DNA from: an uncultured Holdemania sp.
Lineage (GTDB): Bacteria; Bacillota_I; Bacilli_A; Erysipelotrichales; Erysipelotrichaceae
Length of the DNA: 64,000 nt
Direction: 5' to 3'
Assembly: GCA_964370435.1 (NCBI GenBank)
Contig: CAYJJG010000007.1
Location: 13,475 to 77,474 of the forward strand
The position numbers were made by a program, and so were the translations under genes. Of the stretch, positions 1 through 8,993 are shown piece after piece. How positions within the stretch are numbered: position 1 is the stretch's first letter; each line of letters opens with the position of its first letter. The notes beneath the pieces are model-generated. The model was not told the DNA's origin and made no database searches. It was given only the letters and a program-made list of their open reading frames with translations.

Positions 1-387
1 CCATACTAGTACTCCAGAAAGCGTACTGGAAATGGTTCTTAGTATGTTGGTTATAAGTATTCCAGAATAAAACATCTTATAATTTGGAAATATTGCTGCA
101 AAACCATACACACTAAATGCAAAGAAATAGTCTAGTAAAAACCCTAATAAATCGGGAGTATACATAGGACCTGTAACAAATTGAAGAAACACTGAGGTAA
201 TTGAAACCAATAACCCACTTTGCCATCCTAAATGATAGCCCGCCATAAGAAGAGCAACCACGGATAATCCAAGTGATCCTCCATTAGGCATTTGAAACAA
301 AGGCAATGTGTTAACAAACGAATCCAACACCATGAATAATGCGACGTAAAACGCCATAAACGCTAATCTTCTACTGTTTTGTGACAA
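1..387 (-). CDS. ECF-type vitamin transporter S component, thiamine family (ThiT-like); C-terminus lies outside the window
   Basis: Absent from the ORF track because it runs off the window edge and has a TTG start at 387, 6 nt after GGAGGTG. Manual minus-strand translation gives LSQNSRRLAFMAFYVALFMVLDSFVNTLPLFQMPNGGSLGLSVVALLMAGYHLGWQSGLL..., a multi-TM protein of S-component type. It lies directly behind a TPP riboswitch. Confidence 0.6.
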   Translation of the reverse strand, partial: MSQNSRRLAFMAFYVALFMVLDSFVNTLPLFQMPNGGSLGLSVVALLMAGYHLGWQSGLLVSITSVFLQFVTGPMYTPDLLGFLLDYFFAFSVYGFAAIFPNYKMFYSGILITNILRTISSTLSGVLVW

Positions 388-394
388 ATAAAAA

Positions 395-522
395 CACCTC
401 CATTTTGTCTTGAGGCGTAAGGATATACTTCAACAAAAAAATGGACTCCCTACGCTAGCATTAACTAGATCAGGTCATAAGGGTTCACCATAATGGCATC
501 TCAACTTTGCAGTTCCCCTGTC
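395..522 (-). promoter_or_regulatory. TPP (THI-box) riboswitch with a probable SD-sequestering expression platform
   Basis: The minus strand reads GGGGAACUGCAAAGUUGAGAUGCC...GUGAACCCUUAUGACCUGAUCUAGUUAAUGCUAGCGUAGGGAGUC. This matches the conserved cores UGAGA and ACCUGAUCnnGnUAAUnCnnGCGUAGGGA. The following UCCAUUUU is perfectly complementary to AAAAUGGA, which overlaps the GGAGG of the downstream ORF. Confidence 0.85.
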
Positions 523-568
523 TTGACTTACACATTATATCTAATAAGCAATAATAGTGCAAGCACTA

Positions 569-2074
569 TTAGCCTTCACTTAAAGTGATTAAGGAGCCCT
601 TAAAGTAAGCTAGCACTTTGAAGCCTTCATTATTCATAATATTTACTGTAGTAAGAATATAATGAAAATGATATTGATTTAGTAATGATTTAAATTCATG
701 ATAATCAACTATGCTTTGATCAACTAATATTGTTGTGAAATTATTTTTCTTCGCATACTCTAGTTGCGCCACAAGTATAGAAGTTACATCATCTTGTTTC
801 ATATTTAAGCGATATAACTTTTTTACAAAGCTAAAGTACTTAAACTCCCTTTGTAATATAAACAAACCACTTGTTTCTTTAAACTGTTGTATTTCATAAT
901 AGTGCTTAAATACTAATATAGTGTTTGCATTAACCTTAAATATTTCATTTTCCTCTTTGGTTAAATTCTTTCTAACTTTATTAATACGATAAAAACGCAC
1001 TACAATCCAAATCATAAGTAATAGATAAAAACTATTATTAAATACTGTTTGTTCATTTTCAGATACATAAAAACGTTGTAATATCGAAGGTATCGAATAC
1101 CCTAAACTATGCGTACTGAAACCATCATTCAGTGTCAAAATATAATGAATTAATGTTCTATTAATAAACTGGTAGTTATCAATAATCATTAAGGAGAATA
1201 TGGTAATTATAATAATATAAATAATAAAGCTGTGAATCTTAAATCGTTTTTTAAAACTTAGATTAATCTTTCTTATGAAATGGATTATTTTTTCTATAAA
1301 AATACGCTCAAATAGTTCTACTAATACATATAATCCTACACAAATGATAAATACAACTAAGGAATAAAAAACATATAAATCAATATTATTTAAAATATAC
1401 ACATAAAAATCGTTGGCTCTTATGGCATGAGGGCTATTTAAGCTTTCTTCTATCAAAAAGAAGCTACTAACATGATTAGAATTTTTAAGAATGTCTACTT
1501 TACTATGATTATTAAAACTCAACATACTACATATAACTTCATTTCTTCTACTTGTATATTGTAGCTCTTCATTCATCGCAAAGGTATTATCACTATAGAT
1601 TCCTATTACCTTTAGATAAAAAGTAATATCCCAACTAGATGCATCCTTAAATTCAATAATATCTCCTACCTCAATATTATTTTTATCTGCCAACACCTGT
1701 GAAATTATACATTCATTTTGGTGTATTGGATAAGTTCCTTCAACAATCTTTCTATTGAATGCAACAAAATCATCAATCATCCTAGGATTTTCATAGAAAT
1801 TTAATTTAAAGTAATCCTTATGCTCGCCACCTTGATTATCTAATACTATTCTATCTGATATTACTGCTAATGAAGTTGACTCTAATACCACATTTGTTGC
1901 TTCATATTCTAATGCATTGTAGTTGTATTGTTGTTGATTAAAAAGTGCTTTTTCATCTTGATAAATAACAGTATAGTTTTCACTTAGCTTATCAAATTCA
2001 TCATAGAAAATTTGACTGTAATATAAATTGTTGATAAACAATAAAATCACCGAAAATAAACAAGCTTTTATCAT
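569..2074 (-). CDS. FtsX/MacB-like permease-type membrane protein with a large extracytoplasmic domain and a C-terminal degenerate NBD-like tail; no ATPase partner nearby
   Basis: 501 aa. N-terminal TM, then a ~200-aa external domain resembling the MacB periplasmic core (IVEGTYPIHQNECIISQVLADKNNIEVGDIIEF...LKVIGIYSDN). Three further TM helices follow, then a ~130-aa tail with faint ABC-NBD C-terminal half resemblance (TILVDQS, HYILTTVN, KVLAYFKGSLI) and no Walker A. ATGA overlap with the histidine kinase gene. Confidence 0.5.
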   Translation of the reverse strand: MIKACLFSVILLFINNLYYSQIFYDEFDKLSENYTVIYQDEKALFNQQQYNYNALEYEATNVVLESTSLAVISDRIVLDNQGGEHKDYFKLNFYENPRMIDDFVAFNRKIVEGTYPIHQNECIISQVLADKNNIEVGDIIEFKDASSWDITFYLKVIGIYSDNTFAMNEELQYTSRRNEVICSMLSFNNHSKVDILKNSNHVSSFFLIEESLNSPHAIRANDFYVYILNNIDLYVFYSLVVFIICVGLYVLVELFERIFIEKIIHFIRKINLSFKKRFKIHSFIIYIIIITIFSLMIIDNYQFINRTLIHYILTLNDGFSTHSLGYSIPSILQRFYVSENEQTVFNNSFYLLLMIWIVVRFYRINKVRKNLTKEENEIFKVNANTILVFKHYYEIQQFKETSGLFILQREFKYFSFVKKLYRLNMKQDDVTSILVAQLEYAKKNNFTTILVDQSIVDYHEFKSLLNQYHFHYILTTVNIMNNEGFKVLAYFKGSLITLSEG

Positions 2075-2967
2075 AATGGAAAACTCAAAATGATTTTAGT
2101 ATACTCATTATCTTTACTTTCTACCCATACAAAACCATTCATTAACTCTACTACATTTTTCACAAGATTTAAACCAATACCATAGCTATTCTCTTTTTGA
2201 AGATTAAATTGTTTATTAGCCTTAAAAGTTTCATTAATAATCTGATCACTCATTCCAATACCATGATCAATAACAGATATATTCACTCCATTAGTAACAC
2301 CATGCACCTTAACTATTATTTCTTTATTATTACCATACTTTATTGCATTATCAATTACATTACTAATAACACTATAAAGTAAAAAACGCTTCCCTTTAAT
2401 TGTAGGAACACTATCAAAATCAAAAGTAATATTTTCATATTTTATCTTATATTCATCAATAATCTCTGCACATAGTAGTGCTAAATCAAGCTCTTCATTG
2501 AGTTCTATACCTTCTACTGCGCTTAACGTTTGGATATCATTGATTGATTTATTAATTTTTAAAATTTGTTCAATAATTTCATTAGTATCACAATTAGACT
2601 CTATCATTACTAAGGTTATCGCTAATTGATTTTTTAACTCATGAGAAATATAAGAATTAACTTGCTTAGCATTTTCTTGGTGGATATTAAATAGGTTAGC
2701 AATATTTTTAATTGCTGCTATTTGAAGCCCTTCGAAGTTACCTTTTTCTAATTGATATAATTCCTTCTTTAAATCTAGATGTTTTTTTATGATCCACTTT
2801 TTTAAAAAGTACTCGGCTGTCACCTGATAAATTATAAAAAACACAAGTAATAAAACATTTAACAATATACTCAGTAATATATTATCAAAAGCATAACTAA
2901 AAAAAAGATTTGAAAGCAAAAGTAGTATAGCTAAGACAACACTATTTAACCATCGGTATTTATACAT
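2071..2967 (-). CDS. Intramembrane-sensing histidine kinase (BceS-like architecture)
   Basis: 298 aa. Two N-terminal TM helices with almost no external loop. H-box SYISHELKNQLA, N-box NVIDNAIKYG, G-boxes DHGIGM and GIGLNLV. Overlaps both neighbouring genes, indicating an operon. Confidence 0.9.
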   Translation of the reverse strand: MYKYRWLNSVVLAILLLLSNLFFSYAFDNILLSILLNVLLLVFFIIYQVTAEYFLKKWIIKKHLDLKKELYQLEKGNFEGLQIAAIKNIANLFNIHQENAKQVNSYISHELKNQLAITLVMIESNCDTNEIIEQILKINKSINDIQTLSAVEGIELNEELDLALLCAEIIDEYKIKYENITFDFDSVPTIKGKRFLLYSVISNVIDNAIKYGNNKEIIVKVHGVTNGVNISVIDHGIGMSDQIINETFKANKQFNLQKENSYGIGLNLVKNVVELMNGFVWVESKDNEYTKIILSFPL

Positions 2968-3626
2968 AAGCGATACCCCTTTCCCTTTATTCCTTCGATA
3001 GTAACTACACCTTGACTACAATGGTGTAATTTTTTGCGAAGATTAGCAAAATGAACCCTTACCACAGAAGAAAAAGGGTTAAATTCAACATCATAAACAT
3101 AGCTCATCATTTCTTCACTGGATACATATTCAGGATAGTTAAGGGATAAATACTCTAAAATAGAATACTCTTTATTTGTTAACTGTAATTTATCTTCTTG
3201 GTAGTATATTTCTTTTTGATTGCGAATAAGTTTTAATTCTCCTATGACTAATTCTTCAGTTGTTTTTCCATGAAATCTTCTTGAAACAGCATAGATTCGT
3301 GCTATTAACACCTCTAGTTTATACGGTTTAACAATATAGTCATCTGCACCTATTTCTAAACCTGTAATAATGGTATCACTACTATCTCTTGCAGAAACGA
3401 TGATGACAGGAACATCACTTTCTTTTCTTAATGTTTTTAATATTTCTAAGCCATCATAATCTGGTAAATTCAAATCTAAAATAACAATAGAAAAAGTTTC
3501 ATATGATAGTAAATCAAGAGCCTCTTCACCATTATTGGCTATCGACACTAAAAAACCTTTTTCTTTTAATGATTTTGAACATTGATTCGCTAATAACACT
3601 TCATCTTCTATTAATAATACACGCAT
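2946..3626 (-). CDS. OmpR/PhoB-family response regulator
   Basis: REC domain (MRVLLIEDE, DLNLPDYDG, VKPY) plus a winged-helix output domain (LTNKEYSILEYL...GKGYRL). Start moved to the second ATG, which has AGGG 7 nt upstream. Confidence 0.9.
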   Translation of the reverse strand: MRVLLIEDEVLLANQCSKSLKEKGFLVSIANNGEEALDLLSYETFSIVILDLNLPDYDGLEILKTLRKESDVPVIIVSARDSSDTIITGLEIGADDYIVKPYKLEVLIARIYAVSRRFHGKTTEELVIGELKLIRNQKEIYYQEDKLQLTNKEYSILEYLSLNYPEYVSSEEMMSYVYDVEFNPFSSVVRVHFANLRKKLHHCSQGVVTIEGIKGKGYRLCINTDG

Positions 3627-3690
3627 ACCCATACCCTTATTTTTTATTTTATAGTAACAAATTTAATATTTTTTGTCATTAGTGAATTTC

Positions 3691-3707
3691 TTAACGAAGA
3701 ATTAACG
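3691..3707 (+). promoter_or_regulatory. Direct repeat TTAACG-N5-TTAACG (11-bp period), candidate OmpR-family response-regulator box over the -35 region of the lipoprotein promoter
   Basis: TTAACG at 3691-3696 and 3702-3707. A TATGTT -10-like hexamer lies at 3713-3718, 16 nt after repeat 1. The site sits in the divergent intergenic region between the RR operon and the lipoprotein gene. Confidence 0.3.
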
Positions 3708-3762
3708 CACACTATGTTATTTTTTTAACAAGGTGTAATTACCTTAGGAGGACAGAAGTTTA

Positions 3763-5178
3763 ATGAAAAAGTTATTAGTCTTATTATTAACTCTTGTGCT
3801 TGTGAGCGGTTGTACAACAGCTAGTGAACCAAGCACATCAACTGAAGGCTCTTCTGCAGCAACATTCCAACAACAATGTAGTGACATTGGAGTTGAAGTT
3901 GTTTATGAAGATCCAAACGCACCACTTGCAGCATGGAAAGCAACTATCGCTGAAGAAACTGAATCAGATTTAGTAGCAGACTTTGACACTATGGCAGGGG
4001 CATCATTAGGTACTACTTATATGTCAACTAGTCAAATTGCTGGAACAATGAAAACATTTGAACAATTTGCAGATCGTCAAAACCAAAAAGTAAAAAGCTA
4101 TAACTGGTATCCAATTGCTCAAGCAGCAAATATGCGTACTGGTTTATATTATGAAGTAGTAGATGCAGAAGTTAGCTCTCTTGAACAAGCTTGTGCATTA
4201 CCTGAAGCAAAATATATTACTACACCATTACCAGCAGACATCAGTGAAGAAAACACATACAAATTAGCTGCTCTATTAGGATTCCCAGGAGTTGAATTAT
4301 TTGTTGCACCAGATGTACGTTGGCACGATGACTACGAAGGTAGCGGATATGGTAAATTAGTTAATGGTGATGAAAATGGACTATTAGGAACAAACAGTTC
4401 TTATTTACGTCAAATTGGATTCATGATGCAACCAGCTAGTGACCCATATAACTATTCTGGAGAAGATCGTTATGTTCACATTATCAATATCGGTAATCAT
4501 GCAGTAACTACTACGTATATGGATCCTACTACAATGATGAGAGTAGAAGAAGGTACTGAAGGCGCTGTTGCTTACGAAATTGATCCAATTGAAACAACTG
4601 CAAAATCAGCAGTAATGAATGCTAATATGCGTACTCTTTATGTAGAAACAGATGCTAGTGGATTCTTCGGAGCTGGTGGTTCTGTATTCTCTGAAATCTC
4701 TTATTTAGTAGACTACGATGCACTTGTATTCTTTAATCAAGTAACAGCTGGATTACCAATTTGTATGTCAGATAGTACTGAACAACAAATCAAACTTTAC
4801 CCTGAACAAGAATTAAGCCCATATATTGGACAAGATTATAATGATCAAGGTGATTGGGAAAATGGTAACCAAGCTTGGACAAGATCTTGGTTAATGGAAG
4901 ACCGCGAAACAGCTGGTACTACACTAGAAGCTGGAACAATCAATGCTAACTTATTAGCTAATGGTACTGTTGAAGCACCTGCAGTATTCCCTAGCAAAGA
5001 AGCATTTATTCAAGCTTGTAGAGATGGAGATATCAACTACATGGATTTATATGCTTCAAAAGGAGCTATAATGCCAACTGAAGGTATCTATAGTGATGCT
5101 AATCCTGATGGAAGAGTAGAACTTGTAGTAACTAACTTCGATTTAGTATTAGTTGCTGATAAAGCTTACTATCGTTAA
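3763..5178 (+). CDS. Lipoprotein of unknown function, compositionally distinct and probably highly expressed
   Basis: Signal peptide with lipobox LVSGC. AGGAGG lies 11 nt upstream. 471 aa with no motif I recognise. Clearly higher G+C and a strong preference for cgt/gca/cca/ggt codons relative to neighbours. Followed by a strong terminator. Confidence 0.75.
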   Translation: MKKLLVLLLTLVLVSGCTTASEPSTSTEGSSAATFQQQCSDIGVEVVYEDPNAPLAAWKATIAEETESDLVADFDTMAGASLGTTYMSTSQIAGTMKTFEQFADRQNQKVKSYNWYPIAQAANMRTGLYYEVVDAEVSSLEQACALPEAKYITTPLPADISEENTYKLAALLGFPGVELFVAPDVRWHDDYEGSGYGKLVNGDENGLLGTNSSYLRQIGFMMQPASDPYNYSGEDRYVHIINIGNHAVTTTYMDPTTMMRVEEGTEGAVAYEIDPIETTAKSAVMNANMRTLYVETDASGFFGAGGSVFSEISYLVDYDALVFFNQVTAGLPICMSDSTEQQIKLYPEQELSPYIGQDYNDQGDWENGNQAWTRSWLMEDRETAGTTLEAGTINANLLANGTVEAPAVFPSKEAFIQACRDGDINYMDLYASKGAIMPTEGIYSDANPDGRVELVVTNFDLVLVADKAYYR

Positions 5179-5180
5179 TC

Positions 5181-5212
5181 AAAAAAGCTATGACAAATGT
5201 CATAGCTTTTTT
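5181..5212. terminator. Bidirectional rho-independent terminator
   Basis: aaaaaAGCTATGACaaatGTCATAGCTtttt: a 9-bp stem flanked by an A-run and a T-run, lying between convergent genes. Confidence 0.85.
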
Positions 5213-6572
5213 AGTCTACTTTATCACATGCTAAATGAAGTACTTCTTTTATTGATTCACTAAAGGTTGGATGAGGATAAACGGATTTATTTAAATCATT
5301 TAAGGATAGTTTACTATTAATGGCTTGTACGAAAAAGAAAATCATATCCGTAGCATGAGCGCACATAAGTATAGCACCAATAATTGTTTTATCTTCGATG
5401 TTCACAATAATCTTCACAAATCCTCGCGGCTGATTCGATAAAGTGTTCTTTCCATTAGCTGCCGTTGGAACCTTAAAAGCTTTTGCAACGATTTTTAACT
5501 CATTTGCTTCTTCTAGTGTTAATCCAACACTGGCTATTTCAGGATGAGTATAAATGCAACTAGCTAGAGTATCACAGTTAACAGCCTTTTCAATATTCAA
5601 CATGGCGCAAACTGCATTAATTCCTTGAGCACTAGCTAAATGAGCTAATTGTATTTTAGAAGAAACATCACCAATCGCATAAATATTATCAATATTGGTT
5701 TTAAAGTTAGTATCCACTAATATACGTTTATCATCAACTGCTAAGTTAATCTTATCGCAATATAAATTTTTAAAATTAGCTTTACGCCCTGTTGCCAATA
5801 ACACTTTATCACATACGATACTTACTTCTTCATCCTTAACTTTAACTATTAAAGTATTGTTTTTTTCAATGCGTAGTACTGTTGTTTTATTAAGTACTTC
5901 AATGCCCTGGCTCTTAAACTGCATCTTGATACTTTGACCAATTTCTTTATCTAATGTAGATAATAAACCATCAGCCATTTCAATTAGAGTAACTTTAGTT
6001 CCAAGTGCTGCATACATTGCTGCAAACTCACAACCAATTACTCCTCCACCTACAATTGCCAAATGTGTTATGGGTTCAACATTGTCTAACAAGGAGTCAC
6101 TAGTCATTAGCTCAATATTTTCGTGCCCTTGAATATTTAATTTTATAGGTGTGCTACCTGTAGCAATAAGAATGAATTTACTGCTTTTATTTTCATTATT
6201 AACACATACAATATGATTATCAATAATTTGTGCTTGTCCATAGCGCACTTCCACTTTATTTTTTTTAAGTAATGTTTCAATACCACTTCTTAATCTCATT
6301 ACTACTTCATTTTTATGGGTATGCATTTGCTTTAAATCGATGCTATAATCATTCACTTGTATTCCCGATATAGCACCTTCTTTAATAGCTTCAATGCTTT
6401 TCACTGCATGAAGATACGTTTTTGTAGGAATACATCCTCTATTTAAACATGTCCCTCCTAAGGAATCTTTTTCGATTAACAGGGTCTTCAATCCTTTTTT
6501 AGCCGCAAATATTGCAGCATCATATCCTCCAGGTCCTGCTCCTATAACAATCAAGTCATATTGATAATCCAT
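5211..6572 (-). CDS. lpd: Dihydrolipoyl dehydrogenase (E3 / L-protein)
   Basis: FAD motif GAGPGGY, redox-active disulfide GGTCLNRGCIPTK, NAD motif GGGVIGCEFA, C-terminal HPTFSE. Confidence 0.93.
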   Translation of the reverse strand: MDYQYDLIVIGAGPGGYDAAIFAAKKGLKTLLIEKDSLGGTCLNRGCIPTKTYLHAVKSIEAIKEGAISGIQVNDYSIDLKQMHTHKNEVVMRLRSGIETLLKKNKVEVRYGQAQIIDNHIVCVNNENKSSKFILIATGSTPIKLNIQGHENIELMTSDSLLDNVEPITHLAIVGGGVIGCEFAAMYAALGTKVTLIEMADGLLSTLDKEIGQSIKMQFKSQGIEVLNKTTVLRIEKNNTLIVKVKDEEVSIVCDKVLLATGRKANFKNLYCDKINLAVDDKRILVDTNFKTNIDNIYAIGDVSSKIQLAHLASAQGINAVCAMLNIEKAVNCDTLASCIYTHPEIASVGLTLEEANELKIVAKAFKVPTAANGKNTLSNQPRGFVKIIVNIEDKTIIGAILMCAHATDMIFFFVQAINSKLSLNDLNKSVYPHPTFSESIKEVLHLACDKVD

Positions 6573-7567
6573 TATAGTCCCTCCTTATTTAACCAATCTA
6601 GTACATCATTTTTCATTTCAGTTAATTGTTCATCTACTTTAATTGTTGATACTCTCTTTGTCACTTCATAAACATTATATGGACAATCTTTAAGAATACT
6701 TTTAAGCTCTTCAATAAAGTTTAACTCTAGGGCATCACAGTAAACTTGATACTCCTGTATAATACCTTTATTCACATCGAAATATATTTGTAATTCTCCC
6801 CATGAAAAACGGGTACTAATTTCTTTTCTAAAAGGAATTTTAACTCCAAGTATCCATGCCTCACTACTTAAATGTTGCACATGTTGTTTGAACTGTTCAT
6901 CTATTAATGTTGAAACAGCGATATTAATACTTGGTAATTTATAAACCTTTTCAAATGCCATTACAATCTTTTCAATTAATAATTTTACTGTTATTGTAGG
7001 GTAAAATTCTTTTAGATTAGCAACCCTTGAGCGCACTGAATCAACTCCTTTAGACTGGAGTTTCTCAATAGATGGATTAAGATATTTTTGCATTTTCTTA
7101 GTATCAACATCTATTAATAATGTACCGTGATGGCAGCTTACAAGGGGTGTATGTGAAAAAGCATTACCCGATATTTTTCTACCCATGACACAAACATCAT
7201 TTCTTCCACTTATTTCTACCTCGATACCTAATTCTTTTAATGCATGTTGAATTACTGATAATTGTTTAACAACATCATAATTTTCTTTATAAGCAATAAA
7301 GGTAAAATTAAGATTTCCCAAATCTTGATATACCGCACCACCACCAGAATATCTTCTTGCTAAGATACCTTGATCCTTGTGTAGCTGATCAACATGACAT
7401 TCTTTCCATGCATTTTGATTTTTTCCAATAACCACTGTATGGGCACACTGCCACAAATAAAGAATACACTCGGTATGCTCTACTCGACTTATTAGTCGTT
7501 GTTCTAAAGCTAAATTAAAATAGGGATTATGATTATCTTGAACTACTATTTTTAGTGTTTTAATCAT
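6572..7567 (-). CDS. lplA: Lipoate-protein ligase A
   Basis: 331 aa with RRYSGGGAVYQDLGN and GRKISGNAF (catalytic Lys region). 1-nt and 8-nt overlaps with the flanking gcv/lpd genes. Confidence 0.88.
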   Translation of the reverse strand: MIKTLKIVVQDNHNPYFNLALEQRLISRVEHTECILYLWQCAHTVVIGKNQNAWKECHVDQLHKDQGILARRYSGGGAVYQDLGNLNFTFIAYKENYDVVKQLSVIQHALKELGIEVEISGRNDVCVMGRKISGNAFSHTPLVSCHHGTLLIDVDTKKMQKYLNPSIEKLQSKGVDSVRSRVANLKEFYPTITVKLLIEKIVMAFEKVYKLPSINIAVSTLIDEQFKQHVQHLSSEAWILGVKIPFRKEISTRFSWGELQIYFDVNKGIIQEYQVYCDALELNFIEELKSILKDCPYNVYEVTKRVSTIKVDEQLTEMKNDVLDWLNKEGL

Positions 7568-8993
7568 CTTGTTTATCGAAGTGGTAGCGCACTATTGGAT
7601 TTCTAGCTGCACTAACCTCATCCGGTCTTGAAATAGGTGTAGTATTAGGGGTGTTATGAATATACTCACTATCTTGTTTAGCACGCTCTACAATTGCTTT
7701 AAATACAGCAATGGCTTCATCCAAGGTTTCTTTTGACTCAGTTTCCGTTGGCTCTACCATTAAAGCCTCTATAACAGTTAACGGAAAATACATTGTAGGG
7801 GGATGGATACCATAATCTAATAAAGCCTTAGATACATCCATTGCACTAATTCCATATTCTTTTTTAAGTGGTTCTAAAGTCATTACAAACTCGTGCATAC
7901 AAAGACCCTCAGTGGCCATAGCATAAGTATCACTAAGTTTACTCTTCATATAATTAGCGTTTAATACCGCTTGTATAGCCACTTCTTTAATACCTTCTTT
8001 TCCAAGTGATAAAGCATAGGTTAGCGCTTTTAAAGTCACAGCTACATTACCATAATTTGCCTTTACTCTACCCATCGAATGCTTACTTAAAATCATTTCA
8101 TTATCACTTATAATCGCATTAGGTAAGAAAGGTGCTAAAAAAGCTTTACAACCTACTGGTCCACTCCCTGGACCACCACCACCATGGGGAGTTGAAAATG
8201 TTTTATGAAGATTAAGATGTACGATATCAAAACCCATATCTCCTGGGCGTACTATACCCATAATTGCATTAAGGTTTGCACCATCATAATAATTAATACC
8301 ACCAGCGTCATGAACAATCTTAGTAATTTCTAAAATATTTTTATCAAATAATCCTAAAGTATTTGGATTAGTTAGCATTAATCCAGCTGTATTATCATCG
8401 ACAGCTTCTTTTAATTTTTCAACATCAACATAACCCTCTGGTGTAGAAGGAATGTTAACGATAGTATAACCACACATAGTAGCACTTGCTGGATTAGTTC
8501 CATGTGCAGAATCTGGTACAATAATTTTAGTGCGATGATCGTTATTGTTAAAATGATGATAAGCTTTCATAAGTAAAATGCCTGCAAATTCACCATGCGC
8601 ACCAGCTGCTGGCTGAAAACTCATCGCATCCATTCCCGTAATTTCAGAAAATACTTCTTCAGCTAAAGATAAAGCTTCAATACTACCACCAACAGTATCT
8701 ATTGGCTGTAATGGATGTATTTCACTAAATCCACTTAAACTAGCCACTACTTCATTAATCTTAGGATTATACTTCATGGTACAAGAACCTAAAGGATAAA
8801 ACCCATCATTAACACCATGAGTCTTTTTAGCTAAGGCAGTATAATGACGTGATAAATCACTTTCTTGAACCTCAGGAAGACGGCAAACTGCTTTTCTTTT
8901 TAATGTTGGATCAATGCTTATTTCTTCAACATCAAACTCAGGAAGCAGCTCATTATAGCGTCCTTCCCTACTTATTTCAAACAATAAACTCAT
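7560..8993 (-). CDS. gcvPB: Glycine dehydrogenase (decarboxylating) subunit 2
   Basis: GSCTMKYNP and the PLP-lysine region HLNLHKTFSTPHGGGGPG. Confidence 0.95.
   Translation of the reverse strand: MSLLFEISREGRYNELLPEFDVEEISIDPTLKRKAVCRLPEVQESDLSRHYTALAKKTHGVNDGFYPLGSCTMKYNPKINEVVASLSGFSEIHPLQPIDTVGGSIEALSLAEEVFSEITGMDAMSFQPAAGAHGEFAGILLMKAYHHFNNNDHRTKIIVPDSAHGTNPASATMCGYTIVNIPSTPEGYVDVEKLKEAVDDNTAGLMLTNPNTLGLFDKNILEITKIVHDAGGINYYDGANLNAIMGIVRPGDMGFDIVHLNLHKTFSTPHGGGGPGSGPVGCKAFLAPFLPNAIISDNEMILSKHSMGRVKANYGNVAVTLKALTYALSLGKEGIKEVAIQAVLNANYMKSKLSDTYAMATEGLCMHEFVMTLEPLKKEYGISAMDVSKALLDYGIHPPTMYFPLTVIEALMVEPTETESKETLDEAIAVFKAIVERAKQDSEYIHNTPNTTPISRPDEVSAARNPIVRYHFDKQDD

Noticed and set aside
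3730-3745. Palindrome AAGGTgtaattACCTT abutting the SD of the lipoprotein gene
   Set aside because: Only a 5-bp stem. It could modestly occlude the RBS, but it is too weak to call a regulatory element.
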